Shown here one piece after another: positions 49,470 to 60,970 of a stretch of DNA of 64,000 bases. The notes beneath the pieces were generated by a model. That model was not told the DNA's origin. It made no database searches and worked only from the letters and a program-made list of their open reading frames with translations. The stretch comes from Squalus acanthias. Its lineage: Eukaryota. Position 1 is the first letter of the stretch, and every line of letters begins with the position of its first letter. The stretch spans positions 98,210,001 to 98,274,000 of the forward strand of contig CM059432.1 in the NCBI GenBank assembly GCA_030390025.1, written 5' to 3'. The translations under genes and the position numbers were made by a program.

Positions 49470-51330
49470 CTGCCACCCTGAAAAAGACACATTTATTCCT
49501 ATTCTCAGTTTCCTGTCTGTTAACTAATTTTCAATCCATGCCAGTATATTACCCCCAATCCCATGTGCTTTCATTTTGCACACTAACCTCTTATGTGGGA
49601 CTTTATCAAAGGCCTTCTGAAAATCCAAATACACCACATCCACTGGTTCTCCTTTATCTATTCTACCAGTTACATCCTCAAAAAATTCCAGTAGGTTTGT
49701 CAAACACAATTTCCCTTTCATAAATCCATGTTGACTTTGTCTAATCCCGTTGATATTTTCTAAGTGTCCTGTAATCACATCCTTTAAAATAGACTCTAGC
49801 ATTTTCCCTACTATTGATGTTAGGCTAACCGGTCTGTAGTTCCCTGTTTTCTCTCTCCCTCCTTTTTTAAATAGTGGGGTTACATTTGCCACCCTCCAAT
49901 CTGCAGGAACTGTTCCATAATCTATAGAATTTTGGAAGATGACAACCAATGCATCCACTATTTCCATGGCTACCTCTTTTAGTACTCTGGGATGCAGATT
50001 ATCAGGCCCTGGGGATTTATCAGCTTTCAGTCCCATTAATTTCTCCAGCACTATTTTTTTACTAATACTAATTTCCTTTAACTCCTCCTTCTCACTAGAC
50101 CCTTGGTTCCTTATCATTTCTGGGAAGTTATTTGTGTCCTGTGCTGTGAAGACAGAACCAAAGTATTTGTTTAATTGCTCTGCCATTTCCTTGTTCCCCA
50201 TTATAAATTCTCCCATTTCTGACTGTAAGGGACCTACATTTGTCTTCATTTGTCTTCATTAATCTTTTTCTTTTTACATACTTGAAGAAGCTTTTACAGT
50301 TCCTTGCAAGTTTACTCTCATACTCTATTTTTCCCCTCTTAATCAATCTCTTGGTCATTTTTTGCTGAATTCTAAACTGCTCCCAATCCTCAGGCTTGCT
50401 ACTTTTTCTGGCAACTTTATATGACTCCTCTTTGGATCTAATACTATCCTTAATTTCTTTGCGCCAGAAAGGAATGTATAACTGTTGCAATTCATGCATT
50501 CGTTCCTTAAATGTTAGCCATTGCCTATCCACCATCATGCCTTGTAATGAAGCTCCCCAATCTATCATAGCCAACTCCCTCCTCATACCTTTGTAGTTTC
50601 CTTTGTTTAGAATTAGGACCCTAGTTTCGGATTGGACTACTTCACTTTCTATCTTAATGAAAAATTCTATCATGTTATGGTCACTCTTCCCTAAAGGACC
50701 CCGCACAAAAAGATTATTAATTAACCCCTTCTCATTGCACAATACCCAATCTAGGATAACATGTTCCCTAGTGGGCTCCTCAACATACTGGTCTAAAAAA
50801 CCATCTCGTACCCACTCCAGGAATTCATCCTCCACAGTATTATTGCTAATTTGGTTTGGCCAATCTATATGTAGATTAAAGTCATCCATGATTACTGTAG
50901 TACCCTTGTTACATGCATCTCTAATTTCCTGTTTGATGCCATCCCCTACATTACCACTACTGTTTGGAGGCCTATATACAACTCCCACTAATGTTTTCTG
51001 CCCCTTGGTGTTTCTTAGCTCCACCCAGACTGATTCTACATCTAAATTTTCTGAGCCAATATCCTTTCTCACTATTGCTCTGATTTCATCCTTTACTAAC
51101 AACGCCACCCCACCTCCTTTTTCTTTTTGCCTGTCCTTCCTAAATATCGAATATCCTTGGATGTTCAGCTCCCAGCCTTGGTCACCCTGCAGCCATGTCT
51201 CCGTAATCGCAATTATATCGTATCCGTTTTCATCTATTTGCGCTGTTAATTTGTCTACCTTATTATGAATGCTTCATGTATTCAGATACAGTGCCTTTAG
51301 ATTTGTCTTTTTAACATTTTTAGACATCTT
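49470..51330 (-). mobile_element. CR1 LINE ORF2, APE plus N-terminal RT, 3'-truncated
   Basis: ORFs 50128-51108 (YRPP, DFN, SDHN) and 49524-50249 (KSPGPD, NYRPVSLTS, YLDFQKAFDKVPH). Confidence 0.93.
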
Positions 51331-52439
51331 AACATTTTTTTTTGTACTATGGCCCTATTTGTCTTACCATTTTTTCTTACCCGGACCCTATTTGTTAGTG
51401 CACTCTTTTGCTTGTACGCTCTGTCCCTTCCTGACACAATCTGGTTATCCTTACCCCAATCACTTTCCTGCACTGCTTCCTTCTCTTTTCTCTTTAGCAT
51501 TCTTCAGCATCATTAGTCCAGTAACATAACCCTATGCTACCGTACCCCCTTCTCGGTGCTGAGGCTCTCCCCCAGAAGTATAAAGTCAGAATTTTTTCCC
51601 TATAATGGAAGAAATAGATTATGAGGAGGAGGTAGAATGCACAGTTGTAGAGAGGTAGCCAGGCAACGGGGTTTTGGATGAGAATTCCAAACAGCGGGAA
51701 TACAGTAGTTGAAAGATTAACTTCTGATAGTGAAGTGGCAAGGAACAATCAGTAATTCAGAGCCAGAAGAATAGAGGGTGCAGGGTGTGACATGTGACTG
51801 GCAGACAAAATGACGTGAGGCCAGGGAGTGATTTAAAAGTGAAAATGTAGATCCTGACATGAACTCACTGGGCAACAGGAAGCCACTGAAGTTTGCTGAG
51901 AATTGAATGTGATAGATGTGTCAGAATTGATCTGGGAGAGGACTCGAGCTACAGAGTTCTGGATTAGCTCAAGTTTGTGACAGATGGGTGCAGGAAAGCT
52001 AATTTAAGAACTCAATCTTTGAGGCGATAAAGGTGTGGATAAATGTGAAAGGGACAAAGTAGGGCAGCCATAGAGGTATGTAGGTGCTGTTGAAAGATAA
52101 ACAGAATAATTTCAATTGTTAATATTGAGCTTTAAAAAGCAGTCAGATAGTACAGCAGTGGACTTGTAATTAGTGTGGTGGCAGACAGCTAATGTTGAGT
52201 ATCTGCAGTGTACGCATGGAACCTGGCCTGGTACTAGCAGAAGCTGTCATTGCAAGATAGCAGGCATGTTGGGAATAATTGTACAGACACTTGAAGAAAA
52301 ACCTTTTGAGGAGATGTAAGGGCTGATATTCCTGTTTGTAGCATCTAGGGAACACTCAGTCATCAGGCACTAGGGAGAGAAAAAGATTTCAGCTGAAACA
52401 TCAGAACAATCAAATAGGACCCTGGATTAATATCTTATC

Positions 52440-52990
52440 TTTAGTTTTGGTCGCCTCATCTGAGGAAAGATGTTCTTGCCATGGAGGGGGTGCAGCGGCG
52501 ATTCACCAGGCTGATACCAGGAATGGCGGGATTGACCTATGAGGAGAGACTATGTAGTTTAGGGATGTACACACTGGAGTTTAGAAGATTGAGAGGGGAC
52601 CTCATAGAAGTGTATAAAATTCTGACAGGTCTAGACAGACTAGATGCAGAAGGAATGTTTCCCTTGGCGGGTGAGAACAGAACTAGAGGACATAATTTAA
52701 GGATAAGGGCTAAACCATTTAGGACAGAAATGAGGGGGAATTTCTTCACTCAGAGGGTGGTGAACCTGTGGAACTGATTGCCACAGAGGGCAGTGTACGC
52801 CAGCTCATTAAATATATTTAAGAGGGAATTAGATATATTTCTACAGGCAAAAGGGGTTAAGGGTTACGGAGAGAAGGCGGGGACGGGATACTGAATTGGA
52901 GGATCAGCCATGATCTCATTAAATGGCGGAGCAGGCTCGAAGGGCCGGATGGCCTACTCCTGCTCCTATCTTCTATGTATCTATGTATAT
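52440..52990 (+). mobile_element. CR1 LINE 3' end
   Basis: VQRRFTRLIP...RRLRGDLIEVYKI...FFTQRVVNLWN; CR1 tail. Confidence 0.9.
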
Positions 52991-52994
52991 CTGA

Positions 52995-53120
52995 AGCACG
53001 GCACCTTCAACAATGCAACTTTTCCTCAGCACTGCACTGGGATTTTAGCTTAGATTATGAGCTGAAACTCAAACCCAAAACTTTCTGACCCAAAGGTGTG
53101 AGTGCTACCAACTGAGCCAC
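52995..53120 (-). mobile_element. Deu-domain SINE 5' fragment
   Basis: Matches 45790-45930 (GCACTGCACTGG...AGTGCTACCAACTGAGCCAC). Confidence 0.65.
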
Positions 53121-53309
53121 GAGTGGTCAAAGTGGAACCATTAGAGAATGGTGTCAAGGAGATGGACCACAGAGGTAAGGTGGTGGAGAAGAATGGAGTA
53201 ATCAACAGTATCAAACTTAGCAAAGAGGTTGAAGAGGATGATGCCGGACATTGAGCCACTGGCACTGGTGATATTCACCAGGGCAGTCTTAGTCCTGTAG
53301 ATTTGTTGG

Positions 53310-53740
53310 AAATGGTGGGGGGGTCCTGAGGGGGTGGGGGGTCCGATCGCGAGGATGGAAGCGGTTTAGCTTGGGGGGCTGGGCTAAGCACACATGCTCC
53401 TCCTGGCCCACAAGCAGTGCTGTAAAGGCACTTACCTCTTACACACAGCAGTCCTTGCCTCCCTTTAGTTACTGGGATTTCCAAGGCCCAGGAAACCCGG
53501 CCGGCCAACGTTAAATTTTAAATGGAGCTAAAATGTAAGGGACGCAGCCTCATTAAAATATTTCAATGAGCAACCCGCCTCCTGGAAGCGGGTTGTTTGC
53601 CCTTCCCCATGCCGCCTCTGTTAAAACCGGAAATGGGGGGGTTCGAGGTGGGTTGGGTTGGGTTAGGGTTTGAGATTTTAAAAATTTGTACATCCCACCT
53701 GACCCAAACCCACCCATTTTTGGGGGCTAAAATTCCCCTC
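53310..53740. mobile_element. Putative non-autonomous DNA-transposon remnant
   Basis: GC-rich; ends GGGCTAAAATTCCCC; motif shared with 13918-14515. Confidence 0.45.
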
Positions 53741-53849
53741 GTTTCAGGTCAATAATCTTTCAGTCATCAACCTGAAATGTTTCTCTCTCCACAGATGCTG
53801 CCTGGCCTGCTGAGTGTTTCCAGCATATTCTGTTTTTATTTCATATTAG

Positions 53850-54372
53850 CTTTTGCTTCATTTCTGAACCTTTGTCCCCATTGTCAAGTTTCTCAATTAT
53901 GCCTTCACGCTCCTTGTGATCTAATTCCGCTGATACTCTTTCCTTTAGAGCATGGGGTACTGCTCTGGGCTTGAAAAGTTTTGGCTTTGTCGCCCCCTTT
54001 ACATTAAGGTGTACCTGGATACCCGATGCTGTACCAAGTTTCAGACTGAATAAGAACTTGTACTCTTCTATGAATACGTGCAAGGGTCTTGAACTCGTAA
54101 TCTTCTTAATACTGGCCCAGTTTAACTTCAGGCTACGAAACCAATCTTGGCCTTTGCCCTTAACTACAATTATAGATAATTATTTAATCTGATTTTCGTA
54201 TTTTACTTGGACATTTATTTCCCCCGTGGGCTGGCAAGAGGTGTCCAGAATAACTTTTCAGTGAAGTATTGTTTCTTTCTGGGGAAATTTTCAAAAACTT
54301 TTTCTCATATACCTTTCATGACATAATTGTTACTGCAGCTCCAGTGTCCAATGGAAATTCATATTTAACACA
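53850..54372 (-). pseudogene. Decayed Gypsy-like pol (protease to RT start)
   Basis: Minus strand LDTGAAVTIM at ~54320-54352; PKLFKPRAVPHALKERVSAELD...GIIEK. Confidence 0.72.
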
Positions 54373-54374
54373 TT

Positions 54375-54684
54375 CAACAACAACAACAACAACTTACATT
54401 TATATAGCACATTTAACGTAGCAAAAAGTCCCAAGGCGGTTAACAGGAGTGATATCAATAAAAATATTTTTTACACCGAGCAACAGAAGGAGATACCAGG
54501 ACAGATGACCAAAAGCTTGGTCAAAGAGGTAGGGTTTAAGGCATGTCTTAAAGGAGGAGAGAGAGGTTGAGAGGCGGAGAGATTTAGGGAGGGAATTCCA
54601 GAGCTTAGGGCCAAGGCAGCTGAAAGTATGGCCGCCAATGGTGGAGCAATTAAAATTGGTGATGCGCAAGTGGCCAGAATTGGA
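54375..54684 (-). mobile_element. L2 LINE 3' end
   Basis: GPKLWNSLP...LKPYLF; (CAA)n tail. Confidence 0.88.
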
Positions 54685-54887
54685 TGTTCGCCTTCTGAGG
54701 AAGTCTATGCGATTTTTTGCTGTGGCCTGTCGGAAATGTCGATCGATGAGTCGAGCGTCATATCCCGTTCTTACGAGGGCGTCTTTCAGCGTCCGTAGGT
54801 GTCCATCGCGTTCCTCCTCGTCTGAGCAGATCCTGTGTATTCGCAGGGCTTGTCCATAGGGGATGGCTTCTTTAACGTAGTTAAACG

Positions 54888-55556
54888 CCTCAGAAGGCGA
54901 ACACGGGACACAACCAACAGAGTACCCTACGTCGTCCAGTACTTCCCCGGAGCGGAGAAACTACGCCATGTTCTTTGCAGCCTTCAACATGTCATCGATG
55001 ATGACGAACACCTCGCTAAGGCCATCCCCACGCCTCCACTACTCGCCTTCAAACAGCCGCCTAACCTCAAAAGTACCATCGTTCGCAGCAAATTACCCAG
55101 CTTTCAGGAGAACAGGGACCACGACACCACACAACCCTGCCATGGCAACCTCTGCAAGACATGCCAGATCATCAACACAGATACCATCATCACACGCGAG
55201 GACACTACCCACCAGGTACATGGTACATACTCATGTGACTCGGCCAACGTTGTCTACCTCATACGTTGCAGGAAAGGATGCCCCAGAGCATGGTACATCG
55301 GCGAGACCATGCAGACACTGCGACAATGTATGAACGGACACCGCGCAACAATCGCCAGGCAGGAGTGTTACCTTCCAGTCGGGGAACACTTCGGCAGTCA
55401 AGGACATTCAGCCTCGGATCTGCGGGTAAGCGTTCTCCAAGGTGGCCTTCGAGACACACGACAACGCAAAATCATCGAGTAGAAACTGATAGCCAAGTAC
55501 CGCACCCATGAGGACGGCCTCAACCGGGATCTTGGGTTCATGTCACGCTACATTTA
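54888..55556 (+). pseudogene. GIY-YIG endonuclease domain of the Penelope-like element (premature TAG at 55480)
   Basis: VVYLIRC / YIGET motifs; the frame continues past the TAG as KLIAKYRTHEDGLNRD. Confidence 0.85.
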
Positions 55557-55885
55557 ACCCCACCTGACGTAGAGTCATCCAGACTTGAGTCGTCGTTGGC
55601 TTGTTCACAGATGTGATTTCCAGTAAAAAAAAGTAAAAAGTTTAAAGTTTTTGGTTTTCCATACAGACTGCAGCATCTGACACATTAGATCCCCTGTGAC
55701 CCCACTTCATTGTCTTAGTTGTATTTTGCTATGTCTTTGATATAATGTCTTCCTGACTGACCTGATTGTCTCTCTGCCGAGGTGTGATAAAAGACAGAAA
55801 GATTAACTGTAGTCGTCTGACATTGTACTCTGCACAGGCATTGTTCTCTGTCTATATATGCTGTGCCGATTTGTATTTCTTCACT

Positions 55886-55923
55886 TCACCTGACGAAGGA
55901 GCAGCCGCTCCGAAAGCTTGTGA
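55886..55923 (+). ncRNA. Minimal type I hammerhead ribozyme motif
   Basis: TCAC-CTGACGA-A-GGAGC-AGCC-GCTCC-GAAA-GC-TT-GTGA: both conserved core boxes, 5-bp stem II, stem I TCAC/GTGA, palindromic AGCT stem III. Confidence 0.75.
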
Positions 55924-57387
55924 TTTCAAATAAAACTGTTGGACTATAACCTGATGTTGTGCGACTTCTCACTTTTGTCCACCCCAGTCCAACACTGGCA
56001 TCTCCGCATCATTGGAAATGTTGTTCTGTAAGGAGTGCAACAAGTAGATAAACACCAAGAGAGGAAATAAATCAGCATCTAATAGTTGCTTAGAGAGAGC
56101 TATCAGCATGTGCTATGGTGGGCACGGGTATGCATACCCAGATTAGAGCAGGCAGAGGATGTCAGCATGTCCAGTAGAGACAAGAGCCTGCAATGGCGGA
56201 AGCGGAGAAGTTCAGTGGGGGAGTAGCAACTGAAGGGGTAGACGATTAACAAGTGCTTTCTGCAGTGAATCAGGGAGGAGAGAGGGGGAGTATGAATGGG
56301 GACCTTGGGAGAGGAGAGGAAGGTGGGAGATAAGGATTGGGGAACAAAGCAAAATTAAGAGCCACCAGACAGAAAGAAGTAACGAAGCTCAAGTCTAGAG
56401 TGGCAGACAATACGTGCACGAGTGAACAAGAAATGATCAATAGTTGCCACATTTACAGCTTATTTGCATGAGGAATGTTCTGACTGGTGCCAGCACTGTT
56501 TTGATGACATTACATGGAATCTGTGTAAAGCAATAGAACTGCAACTCGCTAGAAGTGCATAAGCCACTTTTCCATGTCAACTGTGCTTCTTGCTGTCTTA
56601 TGGATTTGTTTTTTTTTTCATTTCAGCTATGCTTTGGTGCACATGTTACCCTATCCCACCACTGCGAGATAAGAGTATACAGAACAACTGAAACTGGTGC
56701 CCAATTACTAGTAGCATTGACTAGGACAAAAATACAATTTAGGAGAGCTGTGTCAACGGAAAATAGACATAAGTAAAATTCTGTTAAATAAAAAGTTTGG
56801 TGCTACAGAATAAGCCGCAGTGAAATAGATTTACGGTTCCAGTAGGCTATGGTCACGTAAAAAAAACTTTAACAAACATTTGCTGATTGAACACTGAAGC
56901 CGTGAGAAATGTATTACAGCAAATCAATAAGAGTGGATGGTTTAGTGATGGAGCATGATGACTGATCAATGAAACAAAAGGAGTCAAATCAAACTTGGAA
57001 AGAACGTTGCTGGAAGGAAAGAACAAGGGAATTCATTAAAGATAAAGAAATGAATTACAATACCAACAAAGATAAAATAATTTTGATGGATTGATAAAAA
57101 TGTACAGACAGCAAGAGGAGCCATGGAAGGTGACACTGAAACTCTGCACGTAAAAGGAAATTGTCTATGACATAGGCACGATGAGCCATATTTGGCCTCC
57201 TTTGTGCTGTATAATTCTATGATTCTATGACTACAAAAAACAATCATCTGTTCCGGTTGAAAGAAGGGAAATGTATTAACATCGAAGGAAGTCAAACTAA
57301 TTCAGTAACTTGAATATTTCACAGAAGTCTAACAGACGTCATTTGAAAAATAGTTGGACAAAGCAAAAAAGCTAAATAAAGAAACTA

Positions 57388-57660
57388 GGGCCACAAAATT
57401 TGGTCGCTTAGCACCTCCCATTAGCCCCTGGTAGGGGTGCTAATGGGGCGCTATGGGGTTAGAGCCAAGCTGTGGCAAATCCAATGCCGCACGTGACTTT
57501 CAGTGGCGAATTAGCGTTGGCGCTAACTGTTAGCGCCTAGGCCTCTAGCGCCTCTCACATGGCGACGTCAATGCATGTGCAACGCCCCGTTAACGGCCCC
57601 GATGCAAAATTGCCTTTCGCCCCCTGCTTTAGCGCCTCTCGCCGACAACGCCAGTAAGAG
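57388..57660. mobile_element. Harbinger-type terminal fragment
   Basis: GGGCCACAAAATT start, several TTAGCGCC/GGCGCTAA motifs, GACGTCA. Confidence 0.7.
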
Positions 57661-58117
57661 GAGGCGTTGTGCACTTGGAACGGCACAAGGGAGTAAGGCA
57701 AGGCTGGTTGGCATTTATTTTAATGCAAGGAGTCTTGCGAGTAAGGCAGATGATTTGAAGGTGTTGATGAACACATGGGAGTATGACATTGTTGCTATCA
57801 CAGAGACATGGTTGAGGGAGGGGCAGGACTGGCAGCTCAATATTCCAGGGTATAGAATCTTCAGGCGAGACAGAGTGGGGTGTAAAAGAGGAGGGGGTGT
57901 CGCAATATTAATCAAGGAGTCAATTACTGCTGTAAGGATGGATGATATCTTAGCAGGTTCCTCTAATGAGGCCATATGGGTAGAACTTAAAAACAAAAGG
58001 GGGGCAAGCACTTTGCTGGGAGTGTACTATAGGCCCCCAAACAGTCAGGGGAGATAGATGAACAGATATGTAGGCAAATCTCAGAGAAGTGTAGAAATAA
58101 TAGGGGAATAATCGTAT

Positions 58118-58800
58118 TCTGTCACGAATTGCCGGTTTTCTGCATGCACTGCGCATGCGCTGAAAACCGGCACTTGGTTTTTGGAAAAGGGGGGCGGTTC
58201 CTCGGTGCACCGCGTGCGCGCTACAGGCTGCGCGCACGCTGTGCACTTAGTGCTTTGGACGCGCAGGTAAGGACGGAAGATTTTAGAAATGAAAAAAGGA
58301 GGAGTAAGACCCACTTTTAACAAGGTAAGTAGTGAATTAAGTATTATTTTGAATTTTTTTTAACAGGTATAAAAGACTTTAAAGACAGGTAAGTTTATTT
58401 TTATAACTTTTTAAAAGATTTTAAATTTTTTCAAAAATTTAATTTTTTATTTAAAATGGTTAATTTATTTAACTATACTTATTTTATTAATGTGATGGTT
58501 TTTTAAAAAAATTTAATTGAGGTTTAGCTGTTATTTTGGGGGGGTGTAAGATTCATAGCTTTCACAGCACGTATGTGAAACTTATGAATGGAAGATGGTG
58601 TGCTGCCATTGGCTCTAACTGAGTCACGTGATCCCACAGCTCGCACAAATTCACTATGCCGGTGGGATACGCAAGCACTGCCCAGCTGATGTCTAGAACA
58701 TCAAGTTCGTGCGAGCTGGATCTGAAAAAGCCAACGCGGAGTGAGAGATCGCGGGGAAGCCTTACCCCCGCGTCAACACTCAGTCTTTAATTTCTGGGCC
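58118..58800. mobile_element. Non-autonomous DNA-transposon-like insertion in the CR1 endonuclease
   Basis: CR1 coding sequence breaks at ...ATAATCGTA and resumes at AGTAGGGGATTTCAAC; the insert is CpG-rich at its ends and finishes AATTTCTGGGCC. Confidence 0.7.
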
Positions 58801-58849
58801 ATTAGTAGGGGATTTCAACTTCCCCAATATTAACTGGGACAGTCAGAGT

Positions 58850-60970
58850 GTGAAAGGCTTAGAGGGTGCGGAATTCTTAAAGTGCATCCAGGAGAGCTTT
58901 TTGAGCCAGCATATAGAAAGTCCTACAAGAGAGGGGGCGGTACTGGACCTAATTCTAGAGAATGTAACCGGGCAAGTGGTAGAAGTGTCTGTAGGAAAGC
59001 ATTTTGCTGACAGTGGCCATAATTCGGTGAGATTTAAGGTAGTCATGGAAAAGGACAAAGATGGACCGGAAATAAAGGTTCTAAATTGGGGGAAGGCCGA
59101 TTTTAATATGATAAGGCAGGATCTGGCCAAAGTGGACTGGGATCAGCTACTTGTAGGAAAATCCACATCAGAGCAGTGGGAGTCTTTCAGAAAGGAAATA
59201 GAGAGAGTACAATGCCAACATGTTCCCATAAAGGTCAAGGGTGGGACCAACAAGCCCAGGGAACCTTGGATGTCAAGGGATATACAAGAATTGATTAGGA
59301 AAAAAAGGGAGGCTTTTGGCAGATACAAAGGACTAAAAACAGTGGAAGCCCTAGAGGAGTATAGAAAGTGCAGGGGGGTACTTATAAAAGAAATTAGGAG
59401 AGCGAAGAGGGGGCATGAAAAAACACTGGCGGGCAAAATAAAGGAAAATCCCAAGGTGTTTTATAGGTATATTAAGGGCAAGAGGATAATCAAGGAAAGA
59501 GTAGGGCCCATTAGGGACCAAAGTGGCAATCTGTGTGTAGAGCCGGAAGATGTGGGTGAGGTTTTAAATGAATATTTTGCATCTGTGTTCACTATGGAGA
59601 AGGACGATGTAGGCATAGAAATCAGGCAGGGGGATTGTGATATACTTGAACAAATTAGTATTGAGAGGGAGGAGGTACTAGTGGTTTTGGCGGGCTTAAA
59701 AGTGGATAAATCCCCAGGCCCAGACGAGATGTATCCCAGGCTGCTGTGTGAGGCAAGGGAGGGGATTGAAGGGGCTCTGACACAAATTTTCAGAACCTCT
59801 CTGGCCACAGGGGAGGTGCCAGAGGACTGGAGGACAGCTAACGTAGTACCATTATTCAAGAAGGGTAGTAGGGATAAACCAGGGAATTACAGGCCAGTGA
59901 GCCTAACATCAGTGGTAGGGAAATTATTGGAAAAAGTTCTGAGGGACAGAATTAGTCTCCACTTGGAGAGGCAAGGATTAATCAAGGATAGTCAGCATGG
60001 CTTTGTCAGGGAGACATCATGTCTAATCAATTTGATTGAATTTTTCGAGGGGTTGACTAGGTGTGTGGATGAGGGTAGTGCAGTTGATGTAGTCTACATG
60101 GACTTCAGTAAGGCTTTTGACAAAGTCCCGCATGGGAGACTGGTCAAGAAGGTAAGAGCCCATGGGATTCAGGGCAATTTGGCACAGTGGATCCAAAATT
60201 GGCTTAGTGGCAGAAGGCAGAGGGTGATGGTCGAAGGTTGTTTTTGTGACTGGAAGCCTGTGTCCAGCGGTGTACCACAGGGATCGGTGCTGGGTTCTTT
60301 GCTGTTTTTAGTGTACATTAATGATTTATATATGAATGTAGGAGGTATGATCAGTAAGTTCACAGATGACACAAAAATTGGTGGAGTGGTAAATAGCGAG
60401 GAGGGAAGCCTTAGGCTACAGGACGATATAGACGGGTTGGTCAGATGGGCAGAACAGTGGCAAATGGAATTTAACCCTGAAAAGTGTGAGGTAATGCATT
60501 TTGGGAGGACTAACAAGGCAAGGGAATACACAATGAATGGTAGGACACTAGGAGGGACAGAGGATCAGAGGGACCTTGGTGTGCATGTACATAGATCCCT
60601 GAAGGCAGCAGGACAGGTAGTTAAGGTGGTTAAAAAGGCATATGGGATACTTGCCTTCATTAGCAGAGGCATAGAATATAAGAGCAGGGAGGTTATGATG
60701 GAGCTGTACAAAATGCTAGTTAGGCCACAGTTGGAATACTGTGTGCAGTTCTGGTCGCCACACTATAGGAAGGATGTGATTGCATTGGAGAGGGTGCAGA
60801 GGAGATTCTCCAGGATGTTACCTGGGCTGGAGCGCTTCAGCTATGAAGAGAGACTGGACAGGCTGGGGTTGTTTTCCTTAGAGCAGAGAAAGCTGAGGGG
60901 GGACCTGATTGATGTGTACAAAATTATATGGGGCATAGATAGGGCAGATAGAAAGAAATTTTTCCTTTAA
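58850..60970 (+). CDS. CR1 ORF2 reverse transcriptase, 706-aa open segment
   Basis: KSPGPD, NYRPVSLTS, YMDFSKAFDKVPH, GVPQGSVLG, FTDD, LVRPQLEYC. Confidence 0.88.
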   Translation: MKGLEGAEFLKCIQESFLSQHIESPTREGAVLDLILENVTGQVVEVSVGKHFADSGHNSVRFKVVMEKDKDGPEIKVLNWGKADFNMIRQDLAKVDWDQLLVGKSTSEQWESFRKEIERVQCQHVPIKVKGGTNKPREPWMSRDIQELIRKKREAFGRYKGLKTVEALEEYRKCRGVLIKEIRRAKRGHEKTLAGKIKENPKVFYRYIKGKRIIKERVGPIRDQSGNLCVEPEDVGEVLNEYFASVFTMEKDDVGIEIRQGDCDILEQISIEREEVLVVLAGLKVDKSPGPDEMYPRLLCEAREGIEGALTQIFRTSLATGEVPEDWRTANVVPLFKKGSRDKPGNYRPVSLTSVVGKLLEKVLRDRISLHLERQGLIKDSQHGFVRETSCLINLIEFFEGLTRCVDEGSAVDVVYMDFSKAFDKVPHGRLVKKVRAHGIQGNLAQWIQNWLSGRRQRVMVEGCFCDWKPVSSGVPQGSVLGSLLFLVYINDLYMNVGGMISKFTDDTKIGGVVNSEEGSLRLQDDIDGLVRWAEQWQMEFNPEKCEVMHFGRTNKAREYTMNGRTLGGTEDQRDLGVHVHRSLKAAGQVVKVVKKAYGILAFISRGIEYKSREVMMELYKMLVRPQLEYCVQFWSPHYRKDVIALERVQRRFSRMLPGLERFSYEERLDRLGLFSLEQRKLRGDLIDVYKIIWGIDRADRKKFFL

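Larger units (their letters stand above)
54685..56010 (+). mobile_element. Penelope-like retroelement: RT thumb (inverted 54685-54880), GIY-YIG endonuclease, 3' pLTR-like region
   Basis: PLLAFKQPPNLK, CHGNLCKTC, CDSANVVYLIRC...YIGET...NGH...HF; the inverted part reads AIPYGQALRIHRICS...GY. Confidence 0.9.

Noticed and set aside
50603..51268. 221-aa plus-strand ORF and similar ORFs opposite LINEs
   Set aside because: Antisense shadows of CR1/L2 ORF2
56930..57385. Purine-rich decayed coding-like sequence, possibly an old RTE-type LINE
   Set aside because: Only a faint motif (GNVLT...EYF.EV); too degraded to call
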